Shown piece after piece: positions 35,250 through 49,430 of a stretch of DNA of 64,000 nucleotides (its first letter is position 1; each line of letters opens with the position of its first letter). Source of the stretch: Camelus dromedarius. Its lineage: Eukaryota. The stretch is taken from assembly GCF_036321535.1 (NCBI RefSeq), contig NC_087436.1, positions 59,708,001 to 59,772,000 on the forward strand, given 5' to 3'. A model generated the notes under the pieces. It saw only the letters and a list, made by a program, of their open reading frames with translations. It did not search any database and was not told where the DNA came from. Position numbers and translations under genes: made by a program.

Positions 35250-37945
35250 TTTACTGATGAGATTCTTGAAAGAGGAACTAGACTTATAGAATCCACACCC
35301 TCATTTACAATTTAGCACCACAAATAAATAACTGATAACTGTTCAATCTTCCTGCCTCTGAAAGTTGGTTTCCATTCTAGTCACTTAATTAAAATTGCTC
35401 TCATCAGAGTTAGGTAGAAACATTGTTCAGTCCTCAGCCTGATCTGTGCATCTTCTTTAAAATATCTCTTCTTCCTGGACTTCTGCACTAGTGTTTTCTC
35501 CTGTTATACAGTTTGGATACTTTTTAAACTTTTTAATTAACATTTTTTCCTTTCACTTTGTTCTTGAGAAGTTAATTTTTCCCAGGTTTCTGTCTGAAGC
35601 CCTTTTCCCATCTCCTTTTAAATGTTTCACCTCAACAATTACTGTATTAGCAACTACATATGAATTAACACTTCAGTATTTATTATCAATCCTCACCTTT
35701 CTGTGTTCTGAAATTTTTGCCAAATCTTGAACTGACTCCTAGAGACTTTCACTTGTTATGTTCCAGGCATATTAGATTCAAACTTTCAAATCTAAAAATC
35801 TTCATCCTGGAGGGTAACAAGTTATTTCTCCAACACTTCTGGTCTTAGTTAATAACATCGTCTCTTCTATAACTTAATCAAGAAACTTGCTTCATCCTTG
35901 ATTTCTTTTAGCACTTTATGTATTCAATCCATCGTCTTGTTGTCATGGTTTCTGAAATAAAGTCAATTGTAATTCTTATTCTTTTTCCTCTGTAGGTAAG
36001 GTATGTACATTCTCTGTACATCCTTTCAAGATTTTCTCTTTGTCTTTGGTTTTCTGCAGTTTCAATATGGTATGTATAGGAGTCGATTTTTTTTTCCAGT
36101 ATATATTTTATTTGGAATTCTCTGAGCTTCCTGCAGCTGTGGTTTGGTGTCTGTCATTGATTTTGCAAAGTCTTGGCTACTATTAGCTTCAAAATTTCTT
36201 CTGCTCCATTCTCTCTTTTGGTACTCCAATTACACAGGTGTTAATAATCTGAAATTATCTCAGAGTTCTTGGATATTCTGCTATTTTGTTTTCATTTTTT
36301 TCTCTTTGAATTTCAGTTGACATATCTTCAAGCTCACTGATTCTTCTTCTCAGCAGTGTCTAATCTACTAATGAGCCCAATAAAGGCATTCTTTAAGTTT
36401 CAGTGCTTTTGATTTCTAGCATTCCTCTTGATTCTTAGCATTTTCGTCTCTCTGCTTGTATTGCCCATTTGTTCTTGCATGTTGTTTATTTTTTTTCATT
36501 ATAGCCTTAATCTATTAATTATAATTATTTAAAATTTCCTGTCTGATAACTTTAAAATCTGTGTCATATATTAGTCTGGTTCTGCTGCTCGCTTTGTTTC
36601 TTCAAACTGTATTTTTTCCTGCCTTTTAGCATGCCTCATAATTTATTTTTGAAAGCTGGAGGTAATATATTGGGTGATAATAACAGGTAAACAGTTTGAG
36701 TTTTTATGCTACTCTTGCTAGAAGACGGGCTATGTTTAATATTTACTGTAGCTGTATGTCCCAGAGGCTTAAAATTCCTCAATTGTCATTTTTATATCCT
36801 CTGCTGTCTCTGGCTTACCCTAAGGATACCTTTCAAATAGAATCTGTGCCTTGCAGTTCCTTTAGCTGTGAGTCACTGTATACTGGAAGCTTTTTGACGC
36901 AGTAGTAAGGAGTTAGGGAGGGGAAACATTCTATAATCTTATGATTAAGTATCAATCTTCAGTGGCCCTGTGTCTCTGTGTTGGTTGTGACCTTCACAAG
37001 TCAATTCTAGCTTCACTTCTCCCTCTCAGGTGAGATAGGGAGAGTAGAGAGGGCTGAATTAGTTAAGTGCCCTTCCTCCAAGGAGAGATAAGGCTCTGTC
37101 TGGTAGTCTTTTCTCTTGGAAAGTAGGCAATTGTTAGAAAGAATGCTCTGGGCACATTTCAAGTGGTTACTTTTCCATTTCTCTGCCAAAGACACAAAAG
37201 GACTTTCATTTCTTTGGTTCTTCACCAGGAGAACCTGGTGGGATTCCTAGAGGTAAAACTCATGTGTATGGGTCCTCCATAAGAATATGGCCCCCAGGAG
37301 TTTCTTATTATTAGGTTAGTCCACTCAGCTTCCAGTGATTCATCAAAACTACCAGTTAAGTGCTCCTACCAGGTTGTGGCATCATGTGACTTCTGCTCTA
37401 GGTAAACTAATTTTGGCTGTGACTCTCTATATTTGCCTGGGGTGGTGGTTTGCTCTGTGGACTTTTTTCTCTGCAGGCCCAAGAATAGTTGTTGACTTTC
37501 AATTTGTTCAAAATTTTTCTTATTGTAAAAACAGAAGTGATAACTTCAAGCTTTTTAACTGTTAGAACTGAAACCAGAAGTTCCCATCCTTGACTTCTCA
37601 TGTTTTCTCACATTCCATGACCAATGGACGAACAATCCTCTTTTTGACTCCAAAATTCCTTTAGTTCATTTCCTTGCTTCAACTCCCATTGCCATTGACT
37701 TAATTCAGGTCTTTACATCTGGTTAGAATTCTTCACTAGTCTCAGAATTGTTTTCCTTCCTTTTTTCCCAACACTAAGGAAGAAAGCCTTAATAATGTTA
37801 TTTATGTATATTGCTTAATTTCCCTGTTAAATATAAGCTCTTTGAAGATAGGAGCCATATTTTATTTTTATACATCACAAATAATGTAGTCTAGTAACTT
37901 TCACAGAGGAGGAGATCAATAAATATCAATTGAATGAATGGATAG
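35250..37945 (+). mobile_element. L2 relic interrupted by the L1 at 35940-37580
   Basis: L2 text at 35250-35935, resumed at 37585, ending in the typical L2 3' terminus taagctctttgaagatagg...tcaataaatatcaattgaatgaatgga. Confidence 0.65.
35940..37580 (-). mobile_element. Old L1 5' region (5' UTR/ORF1, L1MC/MD-like)
   Basis: Reverse-ORF1 text: ttcaagattttctctttgtctttggttttctgcagtttcaatatg...ctctgagcttcctg...tcttcaagctcactgattctt...gtctaatctactaatgagccca. Confidence 0.8.
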
Positions 37946-39781
37946 GGAGTCATCTACCATCCTAAGTGACATTAGTGTTTTAGTAGAAAAATTAGGCTAA
38001 AATTTGAAGTTAAAATTGATTTTTATTTCCTTAAATTAGTTCAGAAATTTTTTGGGTAAAGATACTCTGCCCACAAATACATTCCATTAATGATGCCAAC
38101 AGCTGCCTCCTGGTGGTATTCCAATTAAAAATTCAATGAGGGCATGCCAGTAAATGTGCTATATAATTAAGACTCTGGATATACATATATCCAGACAATC
38201 CTGGACAATTCACCCCTAAATACTCAAAAAGTATCAGAAACAGAAAATAATTTTACCACCTTTCACAACATCAAAACTATATAGAAGAATACTTTATAAT
38301 AGAAACGCTCTTTTATTTATTTGTTTGTTTGCCATATCTGGCATCTGACACACTGCTTGGATTTTCACCACTCTTTTCAAGATGATCTTATCTTTCTTGT
38401 AAGGTACATCACAATTATTATTCCTGTCTCTTATAAGTACATTGAAACAGAAAATGGAAATGATAAGTGACTTGCTCAAGGAAAACACAAAAGTTATCCA
38501 AAGAGCGAAAATGAAAGACTGTCAATATTTCAATAACAAATAAAAACCACGATTTCATACATATAGACCACAGTTATAGAAAACTGATAGAAATGCAGAA
38601 ATTTAAATTTTCTTTAATATCTAAAGCCAAGATTGCATATTACATATAAAGATATTTTTTAAAGAACACAGAAAAAAAGTGTACAAAATACCCTATAATT
38701 CTTAGCCTCACAAGGAAAGCAATTTAATTTTCATATTCCCTATTTTATCAGAAAAAAAATCTTCTAAATTTAACTTCCAGAGAAATAAAGATTCCCCACT
38801 CAGTTCCATAGGGTTTATATCTATCTTCTCAGTAGATCTGATTTTACAGAAACCCTATGCGTTAGATGGTATTACTGAGGTTTTACTGGGAAGCAGAGTG
38901 GCTCAGAGAAGCTCCACTAACTAAGGTTCCACAGTTATATTTACATTGGAAAGGAAGTTTACACATTACATGTTTGATAAATGACTAATTTCTGAGTTGA
39001 ACTCAGTGACTGGTTCTATAGAGAATAAAAGTGTCATAAGGAATACTCTTTCTATTCTAGATTACACAAGTTAATGGTCTTTTGAGTATCACACATATGT
39101 AGAAAAGTTGACATTCACCAAATTTAGGTTACATTTACAAAGTATGTTAATAAAGTAAAAAGGGAGTATTCCTGGGCAAGGGCCTTCCTGATCATTTGTC
39201 TTACAGGGACTCCATATTACATGATTATTTTGAGAGAATTATTTGAATGAATGTCAAAAACATGTTAAAAACTACTGTCCTTTGCCAACCCCTTTTCCTT
39301 TCACATATAGTTAACTGTATATCCTTCTCTATTGCCTCCCATCTTCAACTTTTGAATAAATAAAGTCATGGTGGATAATCTGGGCCTCCTTAACCCCTGG
39401 TCTCCACTTGCCATTGGTCAGGGAAATTTTTCAGACTTCCCTACAGCATGCAGCCTGTAAGTACAATAAAAATAAATGACTGTATCTGTACTTTTTCTAC
39501 TCTCTCAGTATTTTGCTTAAATTATTTTGAGAATCATTCATGAACCTAAAATATTCTTAGAGATCAATTAGAAGGGAAGCATAAAAGGACATCAATTTGT
39601 GGCTTACTTTTTTGGGATTCTAACTCATCTTCCTTATGGAAAAGGAGAACAGAAAAATTAGAGAAGAAACTTATCTTCACTGAGAAGTAGACAACTTAGG
39701 TTTCCTTATTCCAACAGATGACAGTAACCACACACTAACTATAAAACAGGGACTCAGGGGAGACCGAGTCCTGAGGGCAGC

Positions 39782-40260
39782 TGTATCAGTTAGAGTGCTT
39801 TTGACAGTAAGTAAAAGCCTACCTAAAAATGGCTTAAATAGAAAAGATATTTAATATCTCATACAACAAGATGAACAGAAGTGGGTGGTTCCAGGCTTAG
39901 TAGTTAATTCAATAGCATAATAACATCATCAAAGACACGGATACTTTCTGTTTTGTTCTAATGGATCCTCAAAGGGTTGTCATTAGTTCTCAGGCTTGAC
40001 CCTTCATAGCTATAGGAAGGCAAATGCAGATCCAAAATATATGTTCTCAATCATATATTTGGATTTAACAGTGGGAAAGACAATTTCTCTTCTCATGTAT
40101 CTTTTTCATCCAATGCATTTTTTTCCCTCTGGTCCATTGACCCAGAATTGGGTCACACAACCAAGCCCCAGCTTCAAGAGAGCATGACAATTTTCAGCTG
40201 GTTGGCTCTACATCGAGGAAGAACATCTGTGTGGGGAGAGGATCACTGAGGTAGAATCTG
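39782..40260 (-). mobile_element. Old MaLR LTR (MLT1K/L-like)
   Basis: tgtatcagttagagtgcttttgacagtaagtaa...aatggcttaaata...atctcatacaacaag...cattgacccagaattgggtcaca. Confidence 0.7.
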
Positions 40261-40479
40261 ACATTGTAAGGATGTATGCGTGACCCTAAAGGAAAGTCTC
40301 ATATGAGCTTGCACTCTTATAGCTCTTATTAATTAAAAAAACTTTCATCCAGTAGGGTATTTAGAAAAAGTGAATGTTAAATGTGAGCCATTGGAAAAAA
40401 GTCTGAGAATACAGCAGAAGCAAACAAGGTGGAAAAAGGTTGCTTATACTCTTTGAGGCAAAGGACAGATTTCTAAAGT

Positions 40480-40940
40480 ATAATCATGTTATGGAAGAGA
40501 ATAACTAGGGTCTAGGAAAACCCAATCAATTATTTTTTGATGAAATAAAGTTTAAGATCTGTTCTGAAGGATGAATATAATTTTGCTGTGAGAAAAGAAA
40601 AACAAAACACACCGGGACTAAGGTAAAAGGGTACACAGCAAGTTCAAGGTGATAAAAGATATACTAGTAGAGGTGAAGTATGAAACACAAAGAGACGGAA
40701 TGGTACTTGAGGATGCTGTAGAATGAGCAACATTACTTGGGCTTCTTAGACTTTATCTGAAGGACAAGGGGAATGAAAGTGTTTTGATTTTAAAGACAAG
40801 GATTTTTGGATATGGATATGACAATATTTGCATAAAACTGGAAGAATAATTGGGGAAATAAGGAGAAGAGATAGAGTAGTAAGAAAGGAAGTGAGGATAC
40901 CATTTAGGAGGCTACTATAATATTAAAGAAAGTAGTTTTA
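40480..40940 (-). mobile_element. L2 relic
   Basis: ctgaaggatgaatataattttg...gactttatctgaaggacaagggga...accatttaggaggctactataat. Confidence 0.5.
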
Positions 40941-41894
40941 ACTAAGCTTTTAGGCCCTGAATTACAGATTTTGTATCTGTCCTCTAAAAAAGTGTTCAGT
41001 TACTGTCTGAAATAATTTTTAGCAAGGTATGAATGCACCTGATTTTAAAATGCTGAACTGCAAATCCTTTCAATATAGTTTAATAAAGAAGTTTCAAAGT
41101 CAACCAAGAATCTTTAACCTTATCTCTAAGGGATCAGGGATTTTGAGGAACTCAGGGTTCCCTCTAGGTTAAACATGGTTAAACATGCACCTTTACATGA
41201 AGTTCATTGACTTCACTGCAGAAAATTGTTCCCTCCCCAAACATGAGACAGAATATAGAAAAAACATGTACTCTCTAGAGTGCTGGTTTGAAGAATGTTA
41301 GTTTTTTAAAAAATATGTTTGTGTGTTGGTTTGGTTTAGTTTTCTACAGGAATGCATTTCTATTAATATACTAGCATTTAATGGAGAACTTGATCACAAT
41401 AAATTTTGCTTCTGAGATACTTTTATAGTAAGGCTTACTTGCAATCAGCCAATGAGAAATGCATCTGTCCATGCACTCAAACTCATCCTAATTCCTAATT
41501 AATCTTCTTCAATACATTTCTCAAATTCTTGAATTGTGTTTCTTTCTATTCAGTGACTTATAAATACAGAGATACCCTATAAATCTTCTCCCTATCACAT
41601 ACTTCCAATTGCCAGTGGTCTGTAAAATACAGATTCAACAAAATAACTTTTGTTAGACCTAACTTTTCTACTTCCCAAAGTAGTAGCTTTAAGCAGCATA
41701 TTGTTCAATGCAACATAATTTGAGTTATAATTCTATCAGGCAAAAATAGTGCTTATATTTTAGAGAGAACTACATGAAAATAGTATAATAAATGAACTCA
41801 GTCATTAGGCAGTGAATTGTCTTATTTTTTCCCCCAACATAGTAAACCAAAAGAATAAGAGAACATCTAAAGGAAAGAATAACTATTGCTAAAA

Positions 41895-42930
41895 GCAGCA
41901 GCTAACATTTATTTTGTTTTAATTTTATGTCAGGTACTCTGGATATATTATCTTATTTAACTCTTACAATAACCCTTAATTAGGAACTTGTGTTTTGTGA
42001 TTAAGCATTTGAGAAACTAATGTTTTAAATATGTAAATAATGCACTCAGGCTCCCAGAACTACCTTGTAACAGTATTAGGTCTGTTTGGTTCCAATGTCT
42101 AGATATTTCAATATTGCTCTTTCACAAAACATCTACAATATGCCAAACATTCTTAAGTGTTTAAAGCATACTTAATTTAGTTAGTACAATAATTCTGGAT
42201 AGCTATGATAAAGATTAGTATCTATATTGTACAGACAAAAAACTGAAACTCCAATGTCACACAGTTAAGCACTGGATAAAGATAAGTAATGGAGTTTTCA
42301 TTTGAACCTATACATTCTGACTTCAAAGCACACAGTTCTGATTCCAAATTAGCTAAGATTAATAATAGAAATGGTGACAAATTACCAAGAGAAAACCGAG
42401 TGCTGGATCTGAGGTCTTAGAGTCCAACAGGTTATGTGTAGTGGCATTTTTAAAGTTGTCTTTTAGAGCAGAGATTTGTTGATTAATTAATCCATTCATA
42501 CATTTTTCCAACAAACACTTTTTGAGTGCCCATTATGTGCCAGACACTGGGTATATAATGTTGAAAGAAACAAGCTTCCAATTGAGAACTGAGAAAACTC
42601 AGTTAACTAAGGCTTCCTAGGAGTGGCAGGATGGAGGATAGTAAAGAACAGAAATGTATGGGCAACCTGGATAGTTACAGAATTAAAAAACAACAACAAC
42701 AACAAAAAAAACTTTGTCATTTACTAGTGGTCTGACTTTTCTCAAGTTCCTTAATATCTTGGTACTTCAGTTTCCTCCTAGGAAAAATGAGGGAAGTATT
42801 ACTGCTTAATTTACGTGGTTGCTGTAAACATTAAAATGGGTGAAGAAGACTAATATGTGTTAATATATGTAAATCATTTAGAAGGATCGTCTGCCTTGCA
42901 AACACTCAATAAATGCTAGTTATTAAGCAT
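41895..42930. mobile_element. Cluster of MIR and L2 3'-end fragments
   Basis: MIR(-) ~41900-42110 and ~42130-42340; L2 end(-) ~42485-42580 (ttcatacatt...caacaaacactttttgagtgcccattatgtgccagacactg); MIR(+) ~42710-42925 (cttcagtttcctcctaggaaaaatgaggga...cactcaataaatgctagttatt). Confidence 0.65.
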
Positions 42931-43869
42931 CACATAAATGTTGAATGTTATGATGATGAGTCATGCTTCCTATTAACATTAAAGCATATTACCAAAGTTT
43001 ATTCAAAGTATAGCTAACTCTTAATAGTACCATTAATTTGATCTACGAATTGGAACAAGTATTTTCCAAACAGGGATTACTGTTCAAAACAAGGTCAGTT
43101 GGAGCTCCAAAAATTTTCCTAAAGCTCTTACTTAATTTTCTATTATCTTTGAGATAATTTTCCAAAAATGTACTTCTCTTAATAAGACTTACAAGCAGCA
43201 TACTGCTACTCAGCAGCGTGTTCCTCTCATCTCTCAGAAACTACAAGGAGATCCATAGCTATGCCAATACAATGAGTGTTAGAGAGATATTAAGGACTAC
43301 AGCACCTTGATGCTATAAAATGTATCACCTTGATTCCAGGAGAACTGACCTGGAATTAAAAAGGGAAATCACTTGACTTCATATAATAAATTTTTATATT
43401 AAATTATTATATTAAAAAATTACTTAAAACACCAAATTTACCATCAGTGGTACTTTTGACAATTTGGGGTACACTACTCTAGCTGAATCCCCACATTTTA
43501 CAAATGAAAATACTGAATTACAAGCTGCATAAATTACTTTCTCAGAAACAAATGGCTCTATAATGGAGGAACCTGTACCAAAAGCCCTTCCCCTAATTGT
43601 GGTTCACAGCATAGAACTAATTCATTGTCACATAAAATAGCAACTGGCCACCAAAGTTATAGGTGATCCCAGCCTGAGAGACATTTTACTCAGGGCAGGT
43701 TTATTAACCCTCTCCCTACCAAAGCTGTCAGACTTCTAAACATCTGTTTTGCAAAAGAAAATACTCTGCACAGAATATTTAACTTCTTTTCCTCTAAAGA
43801 ATTATGAAATATTAGCTAAAAATTCAAGACTGTAAATAACAACTTTGGATATGTTAATTCCATAAATTA

Positions 43870-43931
43870 AAATGTACCTATTTTCAGTTAACCTGTTACA
43901 AATGTACCTATTTTCAGTTAACCTGTTACAA
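43870..43931. repeat. Perfect 30-bp tandem duplication
   Basis: aatgtacctattttcagttaacctgttaca at 43871-43900 and 43901-43930, no mismatches. Confidence 0.95.
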
Positions 43932-46900
43932 TCATTCTGTACTAATTTTGAAATCTACATGTTTCTAATTTAAATTCTTGAGGGAGAAATTCATGTGTGT
44001 CATAGCAGCAGTGAGCTTCAAGAATGGAAACTGCCACATTATTAAAACATCAAATTATATGAAGATAGAATAAACCCTACCCAAAATATTTTCTCACTAT
44101 TAATATTTGTAGTTCAAAAATTGTCTCTTTATGAGTTACACTTAACAACCTTATCACTTTCATGGTAAAATTACCTCCAAAACAATAGGTCTACATTGCC
44201 AAACTATTTGTAACTGAAGGGAATAATAATTCTTATGATGTTTCATCAGGCACTTCACAAATTTGGAGAAGAGTTAAAAAAATAATTATTATTATGTTTT
44301 GACATCTTGAGCAGATACTCTAGCACTCTCTGGAGAGGAAACAGGCTGTGTTTTTATCTCTTGATCTCAAGTACTCAATTCATCATTCTTATATGATCTC
44401 TAGGAAGAAATGTGGAGTGGGTTCATTCAATTTTATTCTTCAAAGTGCTGAAGAGTTGGTATCAATAATGAATTGTTTTTTGTTTGTTAGATCAATTATA
44501 GGAGAACTCAAATGGAAAATGATCTTGCCAATAAGTAATCTTGGGCAGAGTTTAGAAGCTATACCTTTCATTTAAATCACTGATCAGAAATTTTTGATTT
44601 TTTCGCTTAAATTTGCAAAGTCTTCCTTGATTCTGCAATAGCTGTACATTTTTAAGGCTGAGAAGTTTACTCTTACATACAGGCCTATCAATGAACTTTT
44701 TGGAAGAGGAGTAGGTGAGATTAATGAGCTTATTATAATTCATTAGAAAGTAGTATGTGGATGACTGCCTACTTTAATTAGTTTTATTACTGTAGAAAAT
44801 TGTTTCATATGCCAAGCTCATCACCAAGCACGCCTGGAAAACATTAGAGCAGTAATCAGACTTGATATGAGGTACCTTTCATTAGGCAGTATGGCTAACA
44901 GCACTTATAATGAACAAGGAGGGTATTAAAAAGATGGACATGACAGCATATAGCAAAAAGGAATATATAAGATTAGCCTTTTTTGTGAAGCAGAGTGCAA
45001 GGTATAGTACTTCAAAATATTGTTGTGGCATAAAGGGTACTAGATTCATAATTATGGCAAGAGATTTGAGTATCTCAGGCTTATCTAATAAATCTCAATG
45101 CAAATTTTCTATGACTCACTCATATATTATCATGAAAATGTTAGTAACCAGATCTAATAACAAAGTAATCCTTCAAATGATACTTTTTAATCATCACCAC
45201 CTCAAGGAATAATGTACCTATAACTTTGGTCAGATAGAAAAATCAAGTCACAATCTGGAAGAACAAATATAAATATAAAACATGTTTCACATTAGAGGTA
45301 AATGAAAAATTATTAATGTACTCCATTGGGATTGACTGGCCTTTTTAAGTAAATTCTGACTAATAGAAATATTCTTTTTTAAATGTTCTTAATACTTTTT
45401 TCACCTGAGGTCAAAATTAACCTTCCAATCATTGAATAATTAAGATTTTGGCTTTATATAAGTATTAGAAGTTAAAATTCATGAACTCACCAGAAAATAA
45501 AAAAAAAAAACTACGTGCCCCTATACTCTCTCACTTTGAAGACACTCATACCATTCATAATTTACCAAATTTTATTTTACCATATCTTGTTAAGTCATTT
45601 AAGAAGCACAATCCTCATTTCACTGATCAAGAAATGAATGTTATTATGTCTTTACATGTATTTATAGCATGCTGACATTTCTGACTACCTAATCTAACAT
45701 TTACCTTTAAGAGTACATTCTTTCACTATTTAGAATTATTCCTTTAAATATGTGAGCTATCCACTCAAGACATTCTAGTTTCTCTTCTGCTATTACAGAA
45801 ATAATGCTATTGTAATTTCAGGTGGATAACTGCACTTTTTGGCTTCTCCCCTAATGTATCTTGTTTTCACTGGAAAGGTTCTAATTATAAAGCATTACAG
45901 TTCAATAAGCTATCGTTAAACAACAAATGCAGAAAATACCAGCAACTGTTTTTCCACTCAAAATAGATGTCACCTAGGTTGAATAAAGGCTAACTTTAAA
46001 AATATCAGGAATAAGGTGGAAAAGCATTTAACTATATCCTACTCCTGAAGAATGTATTAATACAACAACAAACAAACCTAACCATCATCACCAACAGTAA
46101 CAACCACAACAAAGTACCCCAGTTCCAAACCCCTCAAGTATTTTTAGTGCCCTAAAGACAGTTTCTTGCCTAAGGTTTATTAGTAGCTTTCAAAATTACA
46201 CTGTAAATATTCTTATTTCCTATTTTATGGCACAATGAGTCAGCATACAAGTCTGCCATCAATTACTTTTATAACATAGAAAACATAAAAATAAGCTATG
46301 CATATGCTGAAAATTAAAATAAATGCAATTAGTAGTATTAGAAATGTTTGCCTATTTTGTATTCATTTAAAAATTACTCTTTTGGGGTTATATTTCATTT
46401 TGTTTGCAATACAGATTAGTGAGTAAAAGAGGATATGAAAACTTAGGAGGAAAAAGAACATTTTTCCTTTTGAGTCATAACAAGAACAGGTCTTTACAAG
46501 GAAAGACACTTAATAGATAAAATAATTTTTTTAACACAATAAGAAAAGCCTACTTTTCTTTAAGAGGAAATCAATTTAACAGACAAGGCACAGTAATTCT
46601 GCCAGGATGTTCTTGAGATTAGAGAATGATTTGAGGCTTCATTTTATCTGCTGCACCACAACTCAAAATGTTTGAAAACTATAATAACTTCAGCGCAAGC
46701 ATGAAAACATTTTCAAGTGTAAAAACATTCTGGTGATTGATTAATTGACCTGCCATTAAAGAGTTATAATTTCTAGTCAGTTTTTCAAATGACACTGAAA
46801 TATTTGCATTTTTTTCCAACAGTGAGTATAAAGGTATACCTGACATTTTCTGTGAGAAATTTTTGTCTATTAGCATATATAGAGCAGTCAGCAATAAATA

Positions 46901-48684
46901 ATAAGCATATTATTATTTACTTGGTAATATAGCTTGGTAAGTCTATCACCCACTACCTATCAAAAACTGGCCTCACTTTTGATAATCAATAGTAATCGAT
47001 ATGAGTTTGCCATGTTTTCTCTCACATTCGTATGAAACCACTGAAAACTTTATTAAATAATATACTGATTCAAAAAAAAAAAACTCTAATGATAATCTCA
47101 CAGTCCTGCAAAACAGTATCTTTGAATAACAATGCTAAGAAAATATTTGAGAAATAATGGAATGTGTTTATAATGTGACATTTTATTTATGTATTACATA
47201 CTTTCTGAAAAATTCTTGTTTTTAATTACAAAGATGTTAGCAGCATTCTGAGACTAAATGTTATCAGACCGAAAAGTCACTGTAGAGCTAAAATTTATGA
47301 GTAGAATTGGATCATTTCTCATCTTAGTCTGACAGTACCTGGGATTTAGACAAAGTCCAAAAGTTGGAAGCTCATATAGGCAAAATTTATACTGATTCTG
47401 TTTTAGTTCCAACCAACTGCCAGCAGTAATGACACCTAAGAAACACTCCATGACTTCAATTTAGGTCAAAACAATGTAGAAATAGTAATAGGAAACCAGA
47501 GGATACGTCACACAAAGGTGTGTGTAAAAAGAAAAACATGTTTTATCTCCTGGGGTTCCAACTGAAATCCAAATTCTCATGCCAATATCAGAACCTATGA
47601 AATTGGCACAAAATTGAAATCCCGCAAATTAATTAATCCACCTCATGGGCTTTGGCCCAACAGAACATATTTGGAAGCTGTTTACATACAAAATAGTACC
47701 CCACTTTTTACAAAAATGTCGATTTGTTTTCACTTCTTCATTTCTTAGTGCCTGACATCTTCTAAATACAATCACTTTATCTGGTAAAGCGGTTTTAGTA
47801 CTTTATCTCTAGTTGGGAGGAAAAGAAAGAGAAGGAAGTACATATAATAGATCTCGATTTCTACCAATTAAAGTATAAAATTGTGAGATAGTATAAATGG
47901 GTCAATGAAAATATATTTACATTTAAGACATCCATTTATGCATTAAAAATCTGGTCACTCAAAAATGTTATTTAAAGAAAGATAGATGATTATCAAATCA
48001 CTAATAAAAATAACATTAAATTATGCATAACAAATAATGTAAATATATTTTAATTTATTTGAATATTTGGGGGAAATTTTAATAAATCAAACTAATTGCC
48101 TTAGAATAACATATCTTATAAATAAACACAAATATCATTAGATACTTTTTATAGATATTTGCATATTTTACTTTTAGTGAACAGATTTATTTTATTCTAA
48201 AGATAAGACTACGGTATTTAGTTATAGCAGCTAAGCTGATTAAGACAAAAACCAACAGACATTAATTAGGATAATTTATGTAATATTAGCAAGAGGCAAG
48301 CACTTTAAAATTTTAGCAACATGAAAGATTGAACAACTAATTGTACATTAAAAAATCTCATGGCCATATTTATGGCAGCAAAAGTAGCCCCACATGAAAC
48401 AATATTCTGTACTTGCAGGATAATAAGATTCTCAATAAATGATTTAAAAAAACAAAATGTGTCTCTAGTACTTTTTTCTTTTGAAACAAATTAAAAACTT
48501 TAAAATTACTTTTTCCTAACTTAAGTGATAGATTTCATTTGCATCGTTGTTCAAATGATTTGTTCAATTCAGACTGTTAGTAAACTAGCAAGAAATCTTG
48601 ATTCCTAAAGTTTAGACTTTGTCAATAATTCAGTTTCCTTGTCATTTGCATGTTTTTGTGCTTTCATGAATGTGTACAAATGTG

Positions 48685-48825
48685 AAAGAGGAAAAGTAGC
48701 TTGTGAGAGAGAAAGAAAGAGCAAAGCAATTGAGTAAGAGAATTAGAGAGAGAGAGCACCAGGGAGAGATTTGGAGAAAAAGGACAGCTGAAGAAGAGAG
48801 AATGAGCGAAAGGAAAACAAAAACA
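48685..48825. repeat. GA-rich low-complexity tract
   Basis: gagagagaaagaaagagc...agagagagagagc...gaagagagaatgagcgaaaggaaaac. Confidence 0.7.
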
Positions 48826-49118
48826 GTGTTTAGAATAAGTAGGTGGTAACCACTGAATACACCAAAGGATAACACATAAATAACAACACAAGGAAGGTAA
48901 CTTGCTTTGGGCTTTTTCCCTAATATTTAAGGATAACAAAGATACTGAAAATCTTGTTTAATAACTCATTCTTTGATATATATGTTATGAAACATTAATC
49001 TAAATGACATGTGACTCAGTCTAAAATTGGTAATCCTGTATGAGCTAATTTTTCTTTTTCTAATTGCAATTTTTTGATCTTCCACTCACATATTTAGTAG
49101 CAAACATTTATTGAGTGC

Positions 49119-49430
49119 TGTATTAACAATTTGTAGCTATGTAACAAATTAAATAGAGTAAATATTTATTACCTCATGTAATTTATGTGAGTTAGGAATC
49201 TGAGTGTGGCTTAGCTGGGTGTTGGGTTTATGGTCTCTTAAGGTTGTAATCAAGGTGTAACCCAAGGCTGGAGTCTCCTCAAATATAGATCAACTGGAGC
49301 TGAAGGACCCTTCTCCAAGCTCACTAACATGAGTGTATCTATAGGGCTGCCTCAGGACAGGGAACCTTCTCAAGGGCAAGTAATTGAAGTAAGAGGGAGT
49401 AAGACAGAATGTCCAAGAGAGGTAGCCTGA
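49119..49430 (-). mobile_element. MaLR LTR (MLT1F/G-like) fragment
   Basis: tgtatta...gctatgtaacaaatta...ttaggaatctgagtgtggcttagctggg...ggttgtaatcaaggtgt...ggagctgaaggacccttctccaagctcact. Confidence 0.75.

Noticed and set aside
31050..43931. 28-30 bp direct repeats as CRISPR-like arrays
   Set aside because: Only two adjacent units each, no spacers, eukaryotic context.
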